From the NCBI GenBank assembly GCA_965225845.1, contig CBDDBL010000001.1:86889-150888 (forward strand): 64,000 bases of DNA, read 5' to 3'. The translations under genes were made by a program, and so were the position numbers. Positions 10,500-19,523 of this stretch are shown here, one piece after another. Within the stretch, counting starts at the first letter, position 1; every line of letters begins with the position of its first letter. This stretch comes from Mucilaginibacter sp. (lineage in GTDB: Bacteria > Bacteroidota > Bacteroidia > Sphingobacteriales > Sphingobacteriaceae). The notes under the pieces were generated by a model. The model saw only the letters and a program-made list of their open reading frames with translations. It ran no database searches and had not been told where the DNA came from.

Positions 10500-11498
10500 T
10501 TAAACAGCATCATAGGCCCATTTTAAATAAAGTGATCCCCAGGTAAAGCCGCCACCAAAGGCAGCAAATAACAGGTTATCGCCTTTTTTAAATTTAGTTT
10601 CCCACTCCCATAAACACAATGGGATGGTTGCATTGGTTGTATTTCCGTATTTTTCAATATTGATGATCACCTTATCAGCGCTTACACCTGTACGGTTAGC
10701 GGTTGCATCAATAATACGTTTGTTTGCCTGGTGTGGTACCAGCCATGCAATATCATCGGCTACAAGGTTGTTGCGCTCCATCACTTCGGCAGCAACATCG
10801 GCCATGTTGGTAACCGCAAATTTAAACACGGCCTGGCCTTCCTGGTAAGCATAATGCTCGCGGGCATCAACAGTGGCATGGCTTGCCGGTTTTAATGATC
10901 CGCCCGCTTTTTGGTGCAGATACGGAATACCTGAACCATCGCTTTTTAAAACAGAATCAATCAAGCCATAACCATCAGTATCCGGCTCAAGCAGCGCACA
11001 GCCCGCGCCATCACCAAAAATAATGCAGGTAGCACGGTCCTGGTAATCTATCATCGACGACATTTTGTCGGCGCCTACTACTAATACTTTTTTGTGTTTG
11101 CCGCTCTCAATAAACTGGGCTCCGGTAGTTAAACCGAATAAAAAGCCCGAGCAAGCTGCTTGCAGATCAAATCCCCAGGCGTTTTTAGCGCCTATCTTAT
11201 CTCCTAAAATATTTGCCGTTGCCGGGAAAGGCATATCAGGTGTCGTAGTACAAAAGATGATCAAATCGATCTCTTCTGCATTGATGCCGCGTTTTTTTAA
11301 TAAACCCTCAACAGCGGGGACTGCCATATCGGATGTTCCAAGGCCTTCGCCTTTTTGTATTCTCCGCTCTTTAATTCCAGTACGGCTTACAATCCATTCA
11401 TCATTGGTATCAACCATTGTTGCCAGCTCATCGTTAGTAAGGATGTAATCCGGTACGTAACCATTCACTGCGGTAATAGCGGCATGAATTTTACTCAT
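10500..11498 (-). CDS. fabH: 3-oxoacyl-ACP synthase III
   Basis: [34 protein letters not shown] catalytic motifs. Confidence 0.97.
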   Translation of the reverse strand: MSKIHAAITAVNGYVPDYILTNDELATMVDTNDEWIVSRTGIKERRIQKGEGLGTSDMAVPAVEGLLKKRGINAEEIDLIIFCTTTPDMPFPATANILGDKIGAKNAWGFDLQAACSGFLFGLTTGAQFIESGKHKKVLVVGADKMSSMIDYQDRATCIIFGDGAGCALLEPDTDGYGLIDSVLKSDGSGIPYLHQKAGGSLKPASHATVDAREHYAYQEGQAVFKFAVTNMADVAAEVMERNNLVADDIAWLVPHQANKRIIDATANRTGVSADKVIINIEKYGNTTNATIPLCLWEWETKFKKGDNLLFAAFGGGFTWGSLYLKWAYDAV

Positions 11499-11510
11499 AG
11501 ATATTTTATA

Positions 11511-12446
11511 TTATTGAAACGCCTGCGTGATTTGATCAACCACACCGCTTTCAAATACTGTTTTCGACAAAAGTACCATATTTTTGATTGCCTCTGGCGG
11601 CGAAATTCCGTGGCCTACAACCACAGCGCCATTAACCCCTAAAATTGGGCTACCACCATATTGCTCGTAATTAAACATATCAAAAAAAGCATCATTGATA
11701 CCTTTTTGACGCGCAATCTCATAAAATGATTCTGAAAGTTTGATGATGGTGTTGCCCGTAAAACCGTCGCAAACCATTACATCAGCCACATCATCAAACA
11801 GATGGCGGCTCTCCACATTGCCCACAAAGTTTAAATGGCTTGCTGCCTTTAATAACGGGAATGTAGCTTGTGTAAGGATGTTACCTTTTTCTTCTTCCTC
11901 GCCTATGTTTACCAAACCAACCCGTGGGCTGGCAATTTTGTAAACATATTCTGCATACAAAGATCCCAGCATGGCAAACTGAACCAGCATATCAGGTTTG
12001 CAATCGGCATTGGCGCCAACATCAAGCAGGATACCTAATCCACCTTTAAGCTGTGGTACGATAGAAGTAATTGATGGGCGCAACACACCCGGTATAGCTT
12101 TTATGCTAAACATGGAACCAACAAGCATAGCACCGGTATTACCAGCTGATGAAAAGGCCTGTATGGCACCTTCCTTCAATAGTTTAAACCCAACACTAAT
12201 ACTTGAATCGGGTTTTTGAACAATGGCTTTTGTGGGATGCTCGCCCATGCCAATAACTTCGGTTGTATGTACAAACTCGAAATTATCGGGGCTATAGTTG
12301 TTTTCCTGAAGAATTTTTATGGCGCTGTCCTTATCACCTATAAGCACAAGCTTTGGGCCGGATAAGGCTTTATGGGCCAATATCGCGCCTAAAACGGCTG
12401 CCTCGGGAGCGAAATCACCCCCCATAATGTCTAAGCCGATCTTCAT
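11511..12446 (-). CDS. plsX: Phosphate acyltransferase PlsX
   Basis: MKIGLDIMGGDFAP, SAGNTGAM, LDVGANAD, DVMVCDGFTGN; located between rpmF and fabH. Confidence 0.97.
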   Translation of the reverse strand: MKIGLDIMGGDFAPEAAVLGAILAHKALSGPKLVLIGDKDSAIKILQENNYSPDNFEFVHTTEVIGMGEHPTKAIVQKPDSSISVGFKLLKEGAIQAFSSAGNTGAMLVGSMFSIKAIPGVLRPSITSIVPQLKGGLGILLDVGANADCKPDMLVQFAMLGSLYAEYVYKIASPRVGLVNIGEEEEKGNILTQATFPLLKAASHLNFVGNVESRHLFDDVADVMVCDGFTGNTIIKLSESFYEIARQKGINDAFFDMFNYEQYGGSPILGVNGAVVVGHGISPPEAIKNMVLLSKTVFESGVVDQITQAFQ

Positions 12447-12460
12447 TTGCAGAAAATTAC

Positions 12461-12652
12461 TTAGGCTACGGCTGCTTTTTCAATCAGTAGTTTACCATTG
12501 TAGTAAACGTTACCATCAACAGTATAAGCTCTGTGTGGCAAGTGTACCGCGCCGGTAGTGCTGCAAGTTGTTAAAGTAGGGGCAACAGCCTTGTAATGGG
12601 TCCTGCGTTTATCTCTTCTTGATTTGGATATTTTGCGCTTTGGATGTGGCAT
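12461..12652 (-). CDS. rpmF: 50S ribosomal protein L32
   Basis: [19 protein letters not shown]; conserved yceD-rpmF-plsX order. Confidence 0.98.
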   Translation of the reverse strand: MPHPKRKISKSRRDKRRTHYKAVAPTLTTCSTTGAVHLPHRAYTVDGNVYYNGKLLIEKAAVA

Positions 12653-12669
12653 AACTTATTTTATTAATC

Positions 12670-13200
12670 TTATTTAATTTTTTTGAGCGCTTCCCACCGT
12701 GGGTCAGCTATCTCATCTTCTTGTTCGTTATTATTATTAGCGGCAAGCTTTTCAAGGCTGTCCAGCATTTCTTTATCACAATATTCGGTGTTACCCTCAT
12801 CGCCACAAGTAGCTATAAATGGTACCGATACATTTATATACTCGTATATCAGCGGGGCTATGTTGATCTCGTGATCACTTTTACCTAACGTGATGATTTC
12901 TTCATCCTCGTCTATTTCTTCCTCGCTAAACTTAGCTATTTGCTGCTCTTTAATATCCAGCAATTGCGGATAAGGCGCTAAACAACGGTCGCAATTTAAA
13001 TCGATGTAGCCGGTGATATGAAAATTCAGGATAATTAATGTTTCCTGTTTTTCTAATTCAACAACACATTTCAGATTTCCTTTTTTTACTAACGAGTAAT
13101 CAAACTCATCAAAAAAACTATCTGTAACATCAAACTCAAATTGGTGCTTGCCTAACTTTAAACCCGTAAAAGGTATAGTATATATCCTAAGCGATTTCAC
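12670..13200 (-). CDS. yceD: YceD/DUF177 family protein
   Basis: Likely GTG start at 13200; CDRCL motif; C-terminal DPRWEALKK; upstream of rpmF. Confidence 0.93.
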   Translation of the reverse strand: MKSLRIYTIPFTGLKLGKHQFEFDVTDSFFDEFDYSLVKKGNLKCVVELEKQETLIILNFHITGYIDLNCDRCLAPYPQLLDIKEQQIAKFSEEEIDEDEEIITLGKSDHEINIAPLIYEYINVSVPFIATCGDEGNTEYCDKEMLDSLEKLAANNNNEQEDEIADPRWEALKKIK

Positions 13201-13218
13201 TGAGCAACAATTAGCCCG

Positions 13219-13226
13219 CAAATGTA
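13219..13226 (-). promoter_or_regulatory. Bacteroidota housekeeping -7 promoter box (TAnnTTTG) of the yceD operon
   Basis: TACATTTG on the minus strand, 18 nt before GTG 13200. Confidence 0.7.
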
Positions 13227-13370
13227 AGGGAAAAAATGGATATGTGAAAAGGGTTTTTAAAAATAGTGTGGATAAGTATTAACAATTGTTATCTGAACTC
13301 GAATTTCAAGAATTTATATGATTTTTATAATCCTGGCCATTAGTAATTCTATGAATCCAGTTTCAAAAAA

Positions 13371-13862
13371 CTATTCGCTTTTATTTTCCGACTGATTTTC
13401 ATCAATTGTTTGGTGAATTTGTTTTACATCGGTAACTTCTTTCATTTCTTCCAGCTCTTTATCCGATTCGGTTTTTAAACCTAGTTTTTGGTGGATCTCA
13501 TGCAGCATTTTCAGCATCATGGTAATTTCGTTTTCAGCGCGCACGTTAACTTCAAACTCAACCTGCTGGCGAGTTTTGTCCATCCGGCTTTGCCGGTTTT
13601 GGTTGATCAATACGGTTACCGATAGTACAATGGCAAATAACGAGACGGCCATCTCCAGTATGGGAAACGGAAATGGATCAAACGGATGAGCGCCAAAAAG
13701 GTTCCAGGTGATCCAGATCACAAAAAACATTATGCTGCCGATCAAAAAGCCCACGCTCCCCAATACGTTAGTGGTAAAGCCCGAAAAATGGTCAGTCCGG
13801 GTATGCCTGAACTCTAATGCCGATTTCAGCTCTTTTTCTGTAGGGATCTTTCTCTTAGCCAT
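13371..13862 (-). CDS. DUF1003 domain membrane protein
   Basis: WITWNL...PFDPFPFPILEM...VLINQNRQ...EFEVNVRAE pattern. Confidence 0.88.
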   Translation of the reverse strand: MAKRKIPTEKELKSALEFRHTRTDHFSGFTTNVLGSVGFLIGSIMFFVIWITWNLFGAHPFDPFPFPILEMAVSLFAIVLSVTVLINQNRQSRMDKTRQQVEFEVNVRAENEITMMLKMLHEIHQKLGLKTESDKELEEMKEVTDVKQIHQTIDENQSENKSE

Positions 13863-13868
13863 ATAACT

Positions 13869-13896
13869 AAAACATAGTTTAGCTTTTAAAGTTGTT
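13869..13896. promoter_or_regulatory. Symmetric bidirectional AAC-N17-GTT promoter-like element
   Basis: Plus strand: AAAAC(13869-73)-N17-GTTGTT(13891-96). Minus strand: CAAC-N17-GTTTT over the same spacer. Lies between the divergent DUF1003 and PRC-barrel genes. Confidence 0.5.
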
Positions 13897-13927
13897 TAAG
13901 TACCAATTTATTAATTAAACCAAGGTG

Positions 13928-14410
13928 ATGGAAGAACTAAAATACAGTGATTTTGAAATAGTACCCGGCGAGCCGGATATTACTGACTGGGAAGTAATGA
14001 ATGAGCAGGGCGAAAAAATAGGCGATGTGGACGATGTTTTATTTGACCCCGAAAGCCGTAAAGTGCGTTACCTGATCATCGATATGGAAATAAACACGCT
14101 AATGCTGGATAACCCTTACCAGGTTTTGATACCTATAGGCCTGGCAAAAATTGATGAAGAAGAGGACAAGGTGATACTTACTGATATTACCGAAAAGCAA
14201 TTAAATGAATTGCCAAAATATGAAAGAGGCATAGTTACGCCTGAGTACGAGATGGCCATAAGGAATATTATTGAAGAAAACATAGCTGTAGATTCGGTTG
14301 AGCAGTGGAAGGATTTTTACGAGCATGATCATTTTACCGAAAGCGGCTTCTTCAGGAATCATAACGATGAAAATCGTAATGAAAAGATACAACGAGTTTC
14401 GATCAATTAG
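13928..14410 (+). CDS. PRC-barrel domain protein
   Basis: DITDWEVMNEQGEKIGDVDDVLFDPESRKVRYLII; alternative GTG start at 13925. Confidence 0.9.
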   Translation: MEELKYSDFEIVPGEPDITDWEVMNEQGEKIGDVDDVLFDPESRKVRYLIIDMEINTLMLDNPYQVLIPIGLAKIDEEEDKVILTDITEKQLNELPKYERGIVTPEYEMAIRNIIEENIAVDSVEQWKDFYEHDHFTESGFFRNHNDENRNEKIQRVSIN

Positions 14411-14681
14411 AATATTAATTAAATGGATTGATCAGAACAAATTGTTAAACAATGTTTTAACTATTATGCAAACTATATTTTACAAAATCCGTACAAAAGC
14501 GGGTACTTTATAGGGGATTTATACGTTTAATAAAATATTTTAAGATAATCCGTTTGACAGAAATTATGCATACAGCAGGATTATAGGCAGGCATAACAGG
14601 ACCAAACAGCGAGTTTCGGAATAATTTTTCATTAATTCGACTGTACGTCATTAATTTACCTTCAGTCAACATAACTTTCAG

Positions 14682-14689
14682 TACCTTTG
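14682..14689 (+). promoter_or_regulatory. Housekeeping -7 box before the sigma-70 gene
   Basis: TACCTTTG, 10 nt before ATG 14700. Confidence 0.6.
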
Positions 14690-14699
14690 CAGGAATAAT

Positions 14700-15557
14700 A
14701 TGAGACAACTAAAGATAACCCAATCGATTACCAACCGCGAATCACAATCACTTGACAAATATTTAAGTGAGATTGCAAAGGTAGATTTGATAACTGCGCA
14801 GGAAGAAGTTATTCTGGCCCAAAAGATCCGCGAGGGTGACCAGGCCGCTTTGGAACGCCTTACCAAAACGAATTTGCGTTTTGTGGTGTCAGTAGCCAAA
14901 CAATATCAGAACCAGGGATTAACCCTTGGCGACCTTATTAATGAAGGCAACTTAGGATTAATTAAAGCAGCAAGGCGCTTTGACGAAACTAAAGGTTTTA
15001 AATTTATTTCATACGCCGTATGGTGGATCCGCCAATCAATTCTTTCTGCAGTTGCAGAGCAATCAAGAATTGTGCGCTTGCCACTAAATCAGGTAGGATC
15101 ATTAAGTAAAATACGTAAATCGCACTCTAAACTGGAGCAGCAATTTGAGCGTGAACCAACGCCAGAAGAAATGGCTGAGGATTTGGAAACTACTGCTGAT
15201 AAAATTTCGGACGCGCTATCAAATGCAGGCCGTCACGTATCAGTAGATGCACCTTTCATTACCGGCGAGGAAAACACTTTATTAGATGTTTTGCAAAGCG
15301 GCGATGCCGGTACAGATAGCGATCTGATCATTGATTCATTATCACAAGAGATTAAACGTTCATTAGGCATTTTAGCTGAACGCGAAAAGCAAGTATTAGT
15401 ACTATTCTTTGGATTAAACAGTACCGCGCCACATTCTTTAGAAGAGATCGGCGAGAAATTTAACTTAACCCGCGAACGTGTTCGCCAGATAAAAGATAAA
15501 GCATTATTACGCTTAAGGCAAAATTCAAAATCGAGGCTATTACAATCTTATTTGTAA
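14700..15557 (+). CDS. RNA polymerase sigma-70 factor, RpoD/SigA family (Bacteroidota type without region 1.1), probably a paralogue of the primary sigma
   Basis: [63 protein letters not shown]. Confidence 0.95.
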   Translation: MRQLKITQSITNRESQSLDKYLSEIAKVDLITAQEEVILAQKIREGDQAALERLTKTNLRFVVSVAKQYQNQGLTLGDLINEGNLGLIKAARRFDETKGFKFISYAVWWIRQSILSAVAEQSRIVRLPLNQVGSLSKIRKSHSKLEQQFEREPTPEEMAEDLETTADKISDALSNAGRHVSVDAPFITGEENTLLDVLQSGDAGTDSDLIIDSLSQEIKRSLGILAEREKQVLVLFFGLNSTAPHSLEEIGEKFNLTRERVRQIKDKALLRLRQNSKSRLLQSYL

Positions 15558-15609
15558 GAAGCTTGGTGTAGAACATAATCCTGCCTCTCAAGAGGGAAAC
15601 TGAGATAAC

Positions 15610-15641
15610 AAAAAAGCCAGACAATATTGTCTGGCTTTTTT
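15610..15641. terminator. Bidirectional terminator between the convergent sigma and DUF4142 genes
   Basis: Perfect 32-bp palindrome AAAAAAGCCAGACAAT|ATTGTCTGGCTTTTTT. Confidence 0.85.
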
Positions 15642-15659
15642 TATTGAGCAGGCTTTTGC

Positions 15660-16247
15660 CTATTTCATATTGTCTTTTATTTTATTGATAGCATCCAGGT
15701 GCTTTTGTACAACAGGTGCTGTGTTAGCAGCAAAAGCTTTTAATGTGCTGTCTTTACCATTTTTAGCTTCGTTGTTCATTAGGTCTAAGGTCTTTTTGTG
15801 GCCATCGATCATCGCGCTAACGTATTGTTTATTGAAATCAGGTTCGCTTAATTTACTTAGCTCATCCGCTTTTTTCAGGTGCGCGCTATCCGGTTGCATT
15901 GGAAGGGTAATGTTTTTAGCTTTTGCAATCGCCATCAATTCGTCATTAGCTTTACCATGATCTGTAACCATCATATTCGCAAAATCTTTAATAGCTGCAT
16001 TGGTAGTTTTAGTTAGGGCCAATTTACCCAAAGCAACTTCGGCAAGCCCGCCGTTGGCTGCTGCAGTAGCAAATTTCGCATCATCACTGCTTACAGCTAT
16101 TCCGCCTGTTGCAGCAACATTCGTTGTTGTATCTTTAGTTTTATTCAAACTATCCGCAGTTGATTTGGCGTCTTTTGCGCCATGGTTGCATGATTGGATA
16201 GCCAAAGCCGATACGGCGATCATCATTACGTAACTTAATTTTTTCAT
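15660..16247 (-). CDS. DUF4142 domain lipoprotein
   Basis: Lipobox AIQSC; AANGGLAEVALGKLA, FANMMVTDHGKAN, MIDGHKK, VQKHL (ferritin-like DUF4142 pattern). Confidence 0.92.
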   Translation of the reverse strand: MKKLSYVMMIAVSALAIQSCNHGAKDAKSTADSLNKTKDTTTNVAATGGIAVSSDDAKFATAAANGGLAEVALGKLALTKTTNAAIKDFANMMVTDHGKANDELMAIAKAKNITLPMQPDSAHLKKADELSKLSEPDFNKQYVSAMIDGHKKTLDLMNNEAKNGKDSTLKAFAANTAPVVQKHLDAINKIKDNMK

Positions 16248-16274
16248 GGTGTTATGTTATTGGTTTTTATAATT

Positions 16275-16301
16275 AACAACTTAAAGTATAATAAGTTTCA
16301 G
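16275..16301 (-). promoter_or_regulatory. GAAAC-N16-GTTGTT promoter-like motif before DUF4142
   Basis: GAAAC 16301-16297; GTTGTT 16280-16275; 27 nt to the ATG. Confidence 0.5.
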
Positions 16302-16340
16302 TTATTAATACCTGCTAAAAACAATTGGGTGCGTGATCTA

Positions 16341-16661
16341 TCAATCTAAACCCGGAGCCAACAGACCAGGATCTGTTTCGCCATCATTTGCATGTGTTAT
16401 TTTACTTAAATTATAGTGCATATCGCCATTAATAACCGATCCCTTTATATGGCCGGTATCAAACAATTGCTTTAATATTATAGCGGAGTCAATATTTGCC
16501 GATTTTTTTTTAAGCTCGTTATTTACATCTAAAGCTGTGCCTTCGCCAATTTGCGCCAGCGCGTACATCACTTTGTCCTGTTCGGTAGTCGCATCATTAT
16601 AATGCGCGGGGATATGTATCGGTTTATATTCTTCACGAAATTGCTCGTCGGTCATGCTCAT
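16341..16661 (-). CDS. Hypothetical protein, possible winged-helix fold
   Basis: 106 aa; KVMYALAQIGEGTALDV...ILKQLFDTGHI...YNL resembles a wHTH. Confidence 0.75.
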   Translation of the reverse strand: MSMTDEQFREEYKPIHIPAHYNDATTEQDKVMYALAQIGEGTALDVNNELKKKSANIDSAIILKQLFDTGHIKGSVINGDMHYNLSKITHANDGETDPGLLAPGLD

Positions 16662-16757
16662 AAATATTAAAGTATATTTGATGGCGAATGTTTTCTTTCT
16701 ACATTGAAAAGTTTTTTTACTTTTAATTATTATATCGTATCCAATAATCCCCTATTT

Positions 16758-17402
16758 ATGAGATCAACCTTTACTTTACTATTGGTTTTATTTACTTGTA
16801 CATTATTTGCTCAAAGTGCTGTTGGCACTTCTGTAGGCAGGGCGATTTTTTCGCATGGATCAACTCCTAAACACAGCGCTACGAAGGATACTGTTATAGA
16901 ATCAGATACTACCCGCGAGAACAAAGAACCCCAATATTTTTATATATCTGCCAATACTGATATTTTTGTAGCTGCAAAAGGCGGTGTAGCAAATCGCTTT
17001 TCACCTGCTATAGAATTTGGGCGCACTTATGGTATATTCGACCTTGGGCTGGCTTCCGGGGTAACAAATTCACTTGCCAAAGGCAACGATACCACACATT
17101 ATATAGAACTAAGGCCCACTATAAACATATTTTCCAAAGGCCGCTTTAACCAGGGGCTTTGCCTTGGCGCAGGTTATATATTTAATGCCAAACAAGCCTT
17201 TATGACGGAAATATGTAATAGTATAAACTTTAACATTACTACAACGGTAACTGTTGCAATTACACAAGGTTATTACTTTTTTGACGGTACCAATAATAGC
17301 CGGAGCACGCAATACGTTGGTTTCTCTTTAACCTATAATTTTTTGAAAAAACATAGCACTAACAGGCGCAGAAAGCGGGCGGCAATATTAAGTGATAATT
17401 AA
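16758..17402 (+). CDS. Hypothetical exported protein with a predicted beta-stranded (barrel-like) domain
   Basis: ATG 16758 gives the signal peptide MRSTFTLLLVLFTCTLFAQ; alternating-hydrophobic strands (GLCLGAGYIF, YVGFSLTYNF). Confidence 0.75.
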   Translation: MRSTFTLLLVLFTCTLFAQSAVGTSVGRAIFSHGSTPKHSATKDTVIESDTTRENKEPQYFYISANTDIFVAAKGGVANRFSPAIEFGRTYGIFDLGLASGVTNSLAKGNDTTHYIELRPTINIFSKGRFNQGLCLGAGYIFNAKQAFMTEICNSINFNITTTVTVAITQGYYFFDGTNNSRSTQYVGFSLTYNFLKKHSTNRRRKRAAILSDN

Positions 17403-17404
17403 GC

Positions 17405-18094
17405 TCAGGAATTAATTATAGGGAATGGGGCATGCCGCTTACCTAATACGTTGCCATCATATGCATCAATCATTAGGGTTACATATTCATCTTTACTAAA
17501 ATCAGGATAGGTTATTATCCACAGTTTTTTACCCTTTATTATTTTTTTATAAACTGTAGTAGCAGGCCCACTGGTGGTTTTGTTTAAGGAAATATTTCGC
17601 TTTAAACAAAATTTTAAAATATCTTCCCAGGTAAAAGCATAGTCATCATCAAAATCAGCAGTATTGGTTAACTTGCCTTTATTATCATAATAATACCATT
17701 TACCAACATAAAAGCCATACCAGCACCTTTTTCCTTTTTGTTTAAGGGCGCCATTAGGATAAAATTGCTTATAACTGTAAACATCCTCGTTCAGGTTATA
17801 ATCATATTCATTAATAGGCATACGTGATCCGGCCTGAATGTACTCTTTTAAGCCCTTACCTTTGCTCTGTTCTGTATAAATACGTATTTGGGCATGCGCG
17901 ATGATCGTATCGCCGCCTATGATAACTTTTTTATCCCTGGTTCTGTGGAGCCTGGAAGTATCGAAGCTTTCTAATCTGTCAGCTGCAGAAGGATGGTCCT
18001 GCACTTTTGCAGAATAGTTACCGCCGTGCTGAACTTTAACAGACGAGCATCCTATTATAAAGCATAATCCTATAACAAAGGCAAGCAGTTTCAT
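17405..18094 (-). CDS. Hypothetical lipoprotein with MORN-variant-like repeats and a PepSY-like C-terminus
   Basis: Lipobox IIGC; FYPNGALKQKG, WYYYDNKGKL; W-I-T-Y...LMIDAYDGNVL. Confidence 0.75.
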   Translation of the reverse strand: MKLLAFVIGLCFIIGCSSVKVQHGGNYSAKVQDHPSAADRLESFDTSRLHRTRDKKVIIGGDTIIAHAQIRIYTEQSKGKGLKEYIQAGSRMPINEYDYNLNEDVYSYKQFYPNGALKQKGKRCWYGFYVGKWYYYDNKGKLTNTADFDDDYAFTWEDILKFCLKRNISLNKTTSGPATTVYKKIIKGKKLWIITYPDFSKDEYVTLMIDAYDGNVLGKRHAPFPIINS

Positions 18095-18356
18095 TAATAA
18101 CTCAGTATTATGGCGATTTCACTATCCAAGGGTTCAATCTTACCACACACATCTCTACTTAACCCGCTGCAAATATAGGTGATTGCAACAAAGTTTCATA
18201 TAATTTGAGCCTTGGTATTATATAATTGTTACAACTTTTGGATTTATAACTGCCTGACAATCAATTAAATTAAAAGTTAAATTTTTCGTTTTAAGCATTT
18301 TTAGATATGGCTCTTAGTGTTGATTTAACTTTTGTAATGAAATTTATTTACATTCA

Positions 18357-18383
18357 TGCAACGTTGTTAAAATGATTGCGTCA
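18357..18383 (+). promoter_or_regulatory. Putative autoregulatory ECF promoter TGCAAC-N16-CGTCA
   Basis: Matches the general ECF AAC...CGT architecture; 22 nt before the ECF sigma start. Confidence 0.6.
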
Positions 18384-18405
18384 TATAACGTGAAAGCTGC
18401 AAAAT

Positions 18406-18966
18406 TTGGAATCCGTATACATCGATAAGCATTATAACCTGGTGGTTGAGTGTAAGCAGGGAAGTAAAAAAGCCTGCTACGAGCTTTATAAATTATATTC
18501 TAAGGCGATGTTGAACATCGCGTTTAGGATTGTTGGCAATATTGCCGAGGCGGAAGATGTATTACAGGAATCATTCCTGGATGCTTTTAATAAATTAAAA
18601 GATTTCAGGCAGGAAACTACTTTTGGCCTTTGGCTAAAACAAATTGTAGTTAACAAAGCCATTAACTTATTGCGCAAGCGCAAAATGGACCTGGTTGACC
18701 TGGAAGGTGAACAAATTGAAAATATAGCCGATGAGGAATTTGAAGATGATGAAGAAATACAATATAAAGCGGCATTAGTTAAGGATGCTATGAATGAATT
18801 GCCTGATGGATACCGCGTGGTATTGTCGCTTTATTTATTAGAGGGATATGATCATGAGGAAATTGGGCAGGTATTAAATATATCAGAAAATACCTCAAGG
18901 ACACAGTTTTTAAGAGCAAAAAGGAAATTGGTAGAGATTTTAAAAAGAAAAGGGATAGCACAATGA
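18406..18966 (+). CDS. ECF RNA polymerase sigma factor
   Basis: TTG start; AEAEDVLQESF, FGLWLKQIVVNKAI, LPDGYRVV...EGYDHEEIG...SRTQFLRAK. Confidence 0.95.
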   Translation: MESVYIDKHYNLVVECKQGSKKACYELYKLYSKAMLNIAFRIVGNIAEAEDVLQESFLDAFNKLKDFRQETTFGLWLKQIVVNKAINLLRKRKMDLVDLEGEQIENIADEEFEDDEEIQYKAALVKDAMNELPDGYRVVLSLYLLEGYDHEEIGQVLNISENTSRTQFLRAKRKLVEILKRKGIAQ

Positions 18967-19523
18967 GCAAGCGATTAGAAGATTTTATCAGGGCTAACCG
19001 GGAAAATTTTGATGAACTGGAACCTGATACGGAAATATGGGCAAAAATTGAAAAACAACTTTCTCCGCAGGAAGAGAAAAAAAAAGCTGATGCGAAAACA
19101 TTTTCGTTAGGCTTTGTGCTGCGCGTGGCTGCGTCGGTAATTATTGTAATGGGGATCAGCTTCGCTGTGTTTTTAAAAAGTGTCAATAAACCCGGGGTAG
19201 ACCTGGCCCGGATAAACCCGGAATATGCTAAGCAACAAGTGCACTACGCATCATTGGTTGAAACCAAACGCACCGAGCTTAAACAACTGGCAAAAACAGA
19301 CCCCGCTCTTTACCAGGAGTTTAGCAAAGAAATAGCCCAAATGGATTCAACCTATAAAAAACTGAATAATGATTTAGCGACCAGCCCTAACCAGGAACTT
19401 GTTCTTCGCGCGATGATCAGGAACCTGGAAACACAAACAGAAGTGCTAAACCAGCAATTAAGCGTAATTGAACGCTATAACCAAAGTAAAATCGAACAGA
19501 AAAATGAAACTAAAAGCATATAA
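18963..19523 (+). CDS. Putative anti-sigma factor (single TM, periplasmic coiled coil)
   Basis: Overlaps the sigma stop (ATGA); N-terminal LEDFIRANRENFD...IWAKI; one TM segment (VAASVIIVMGISF). Confidence 0.75.
   Translation: MSKRLEDFIRANRENFDELEPDTEIWAKIEKQLSPQEEKKKADAKTFSLGFVLRVAASVIIVMGISFAVFLKSVNKPGVDLARINPEYAKQQVHYASLVETKRTELKQLAKTDPALYQEFSKEIAQMDSTYKKLNNDLATSPNQELVLRAMIRNLETQTEVLNQQLSVIERYNQSKIEQKNETKSI

Noticed and set aside
7487-12652. tatC attached to the fatty-acid/acc operon as a novel link
   Set aside because: There is no evidence beyond adjacency, and it is most simply a conserved housekeeping gene order.
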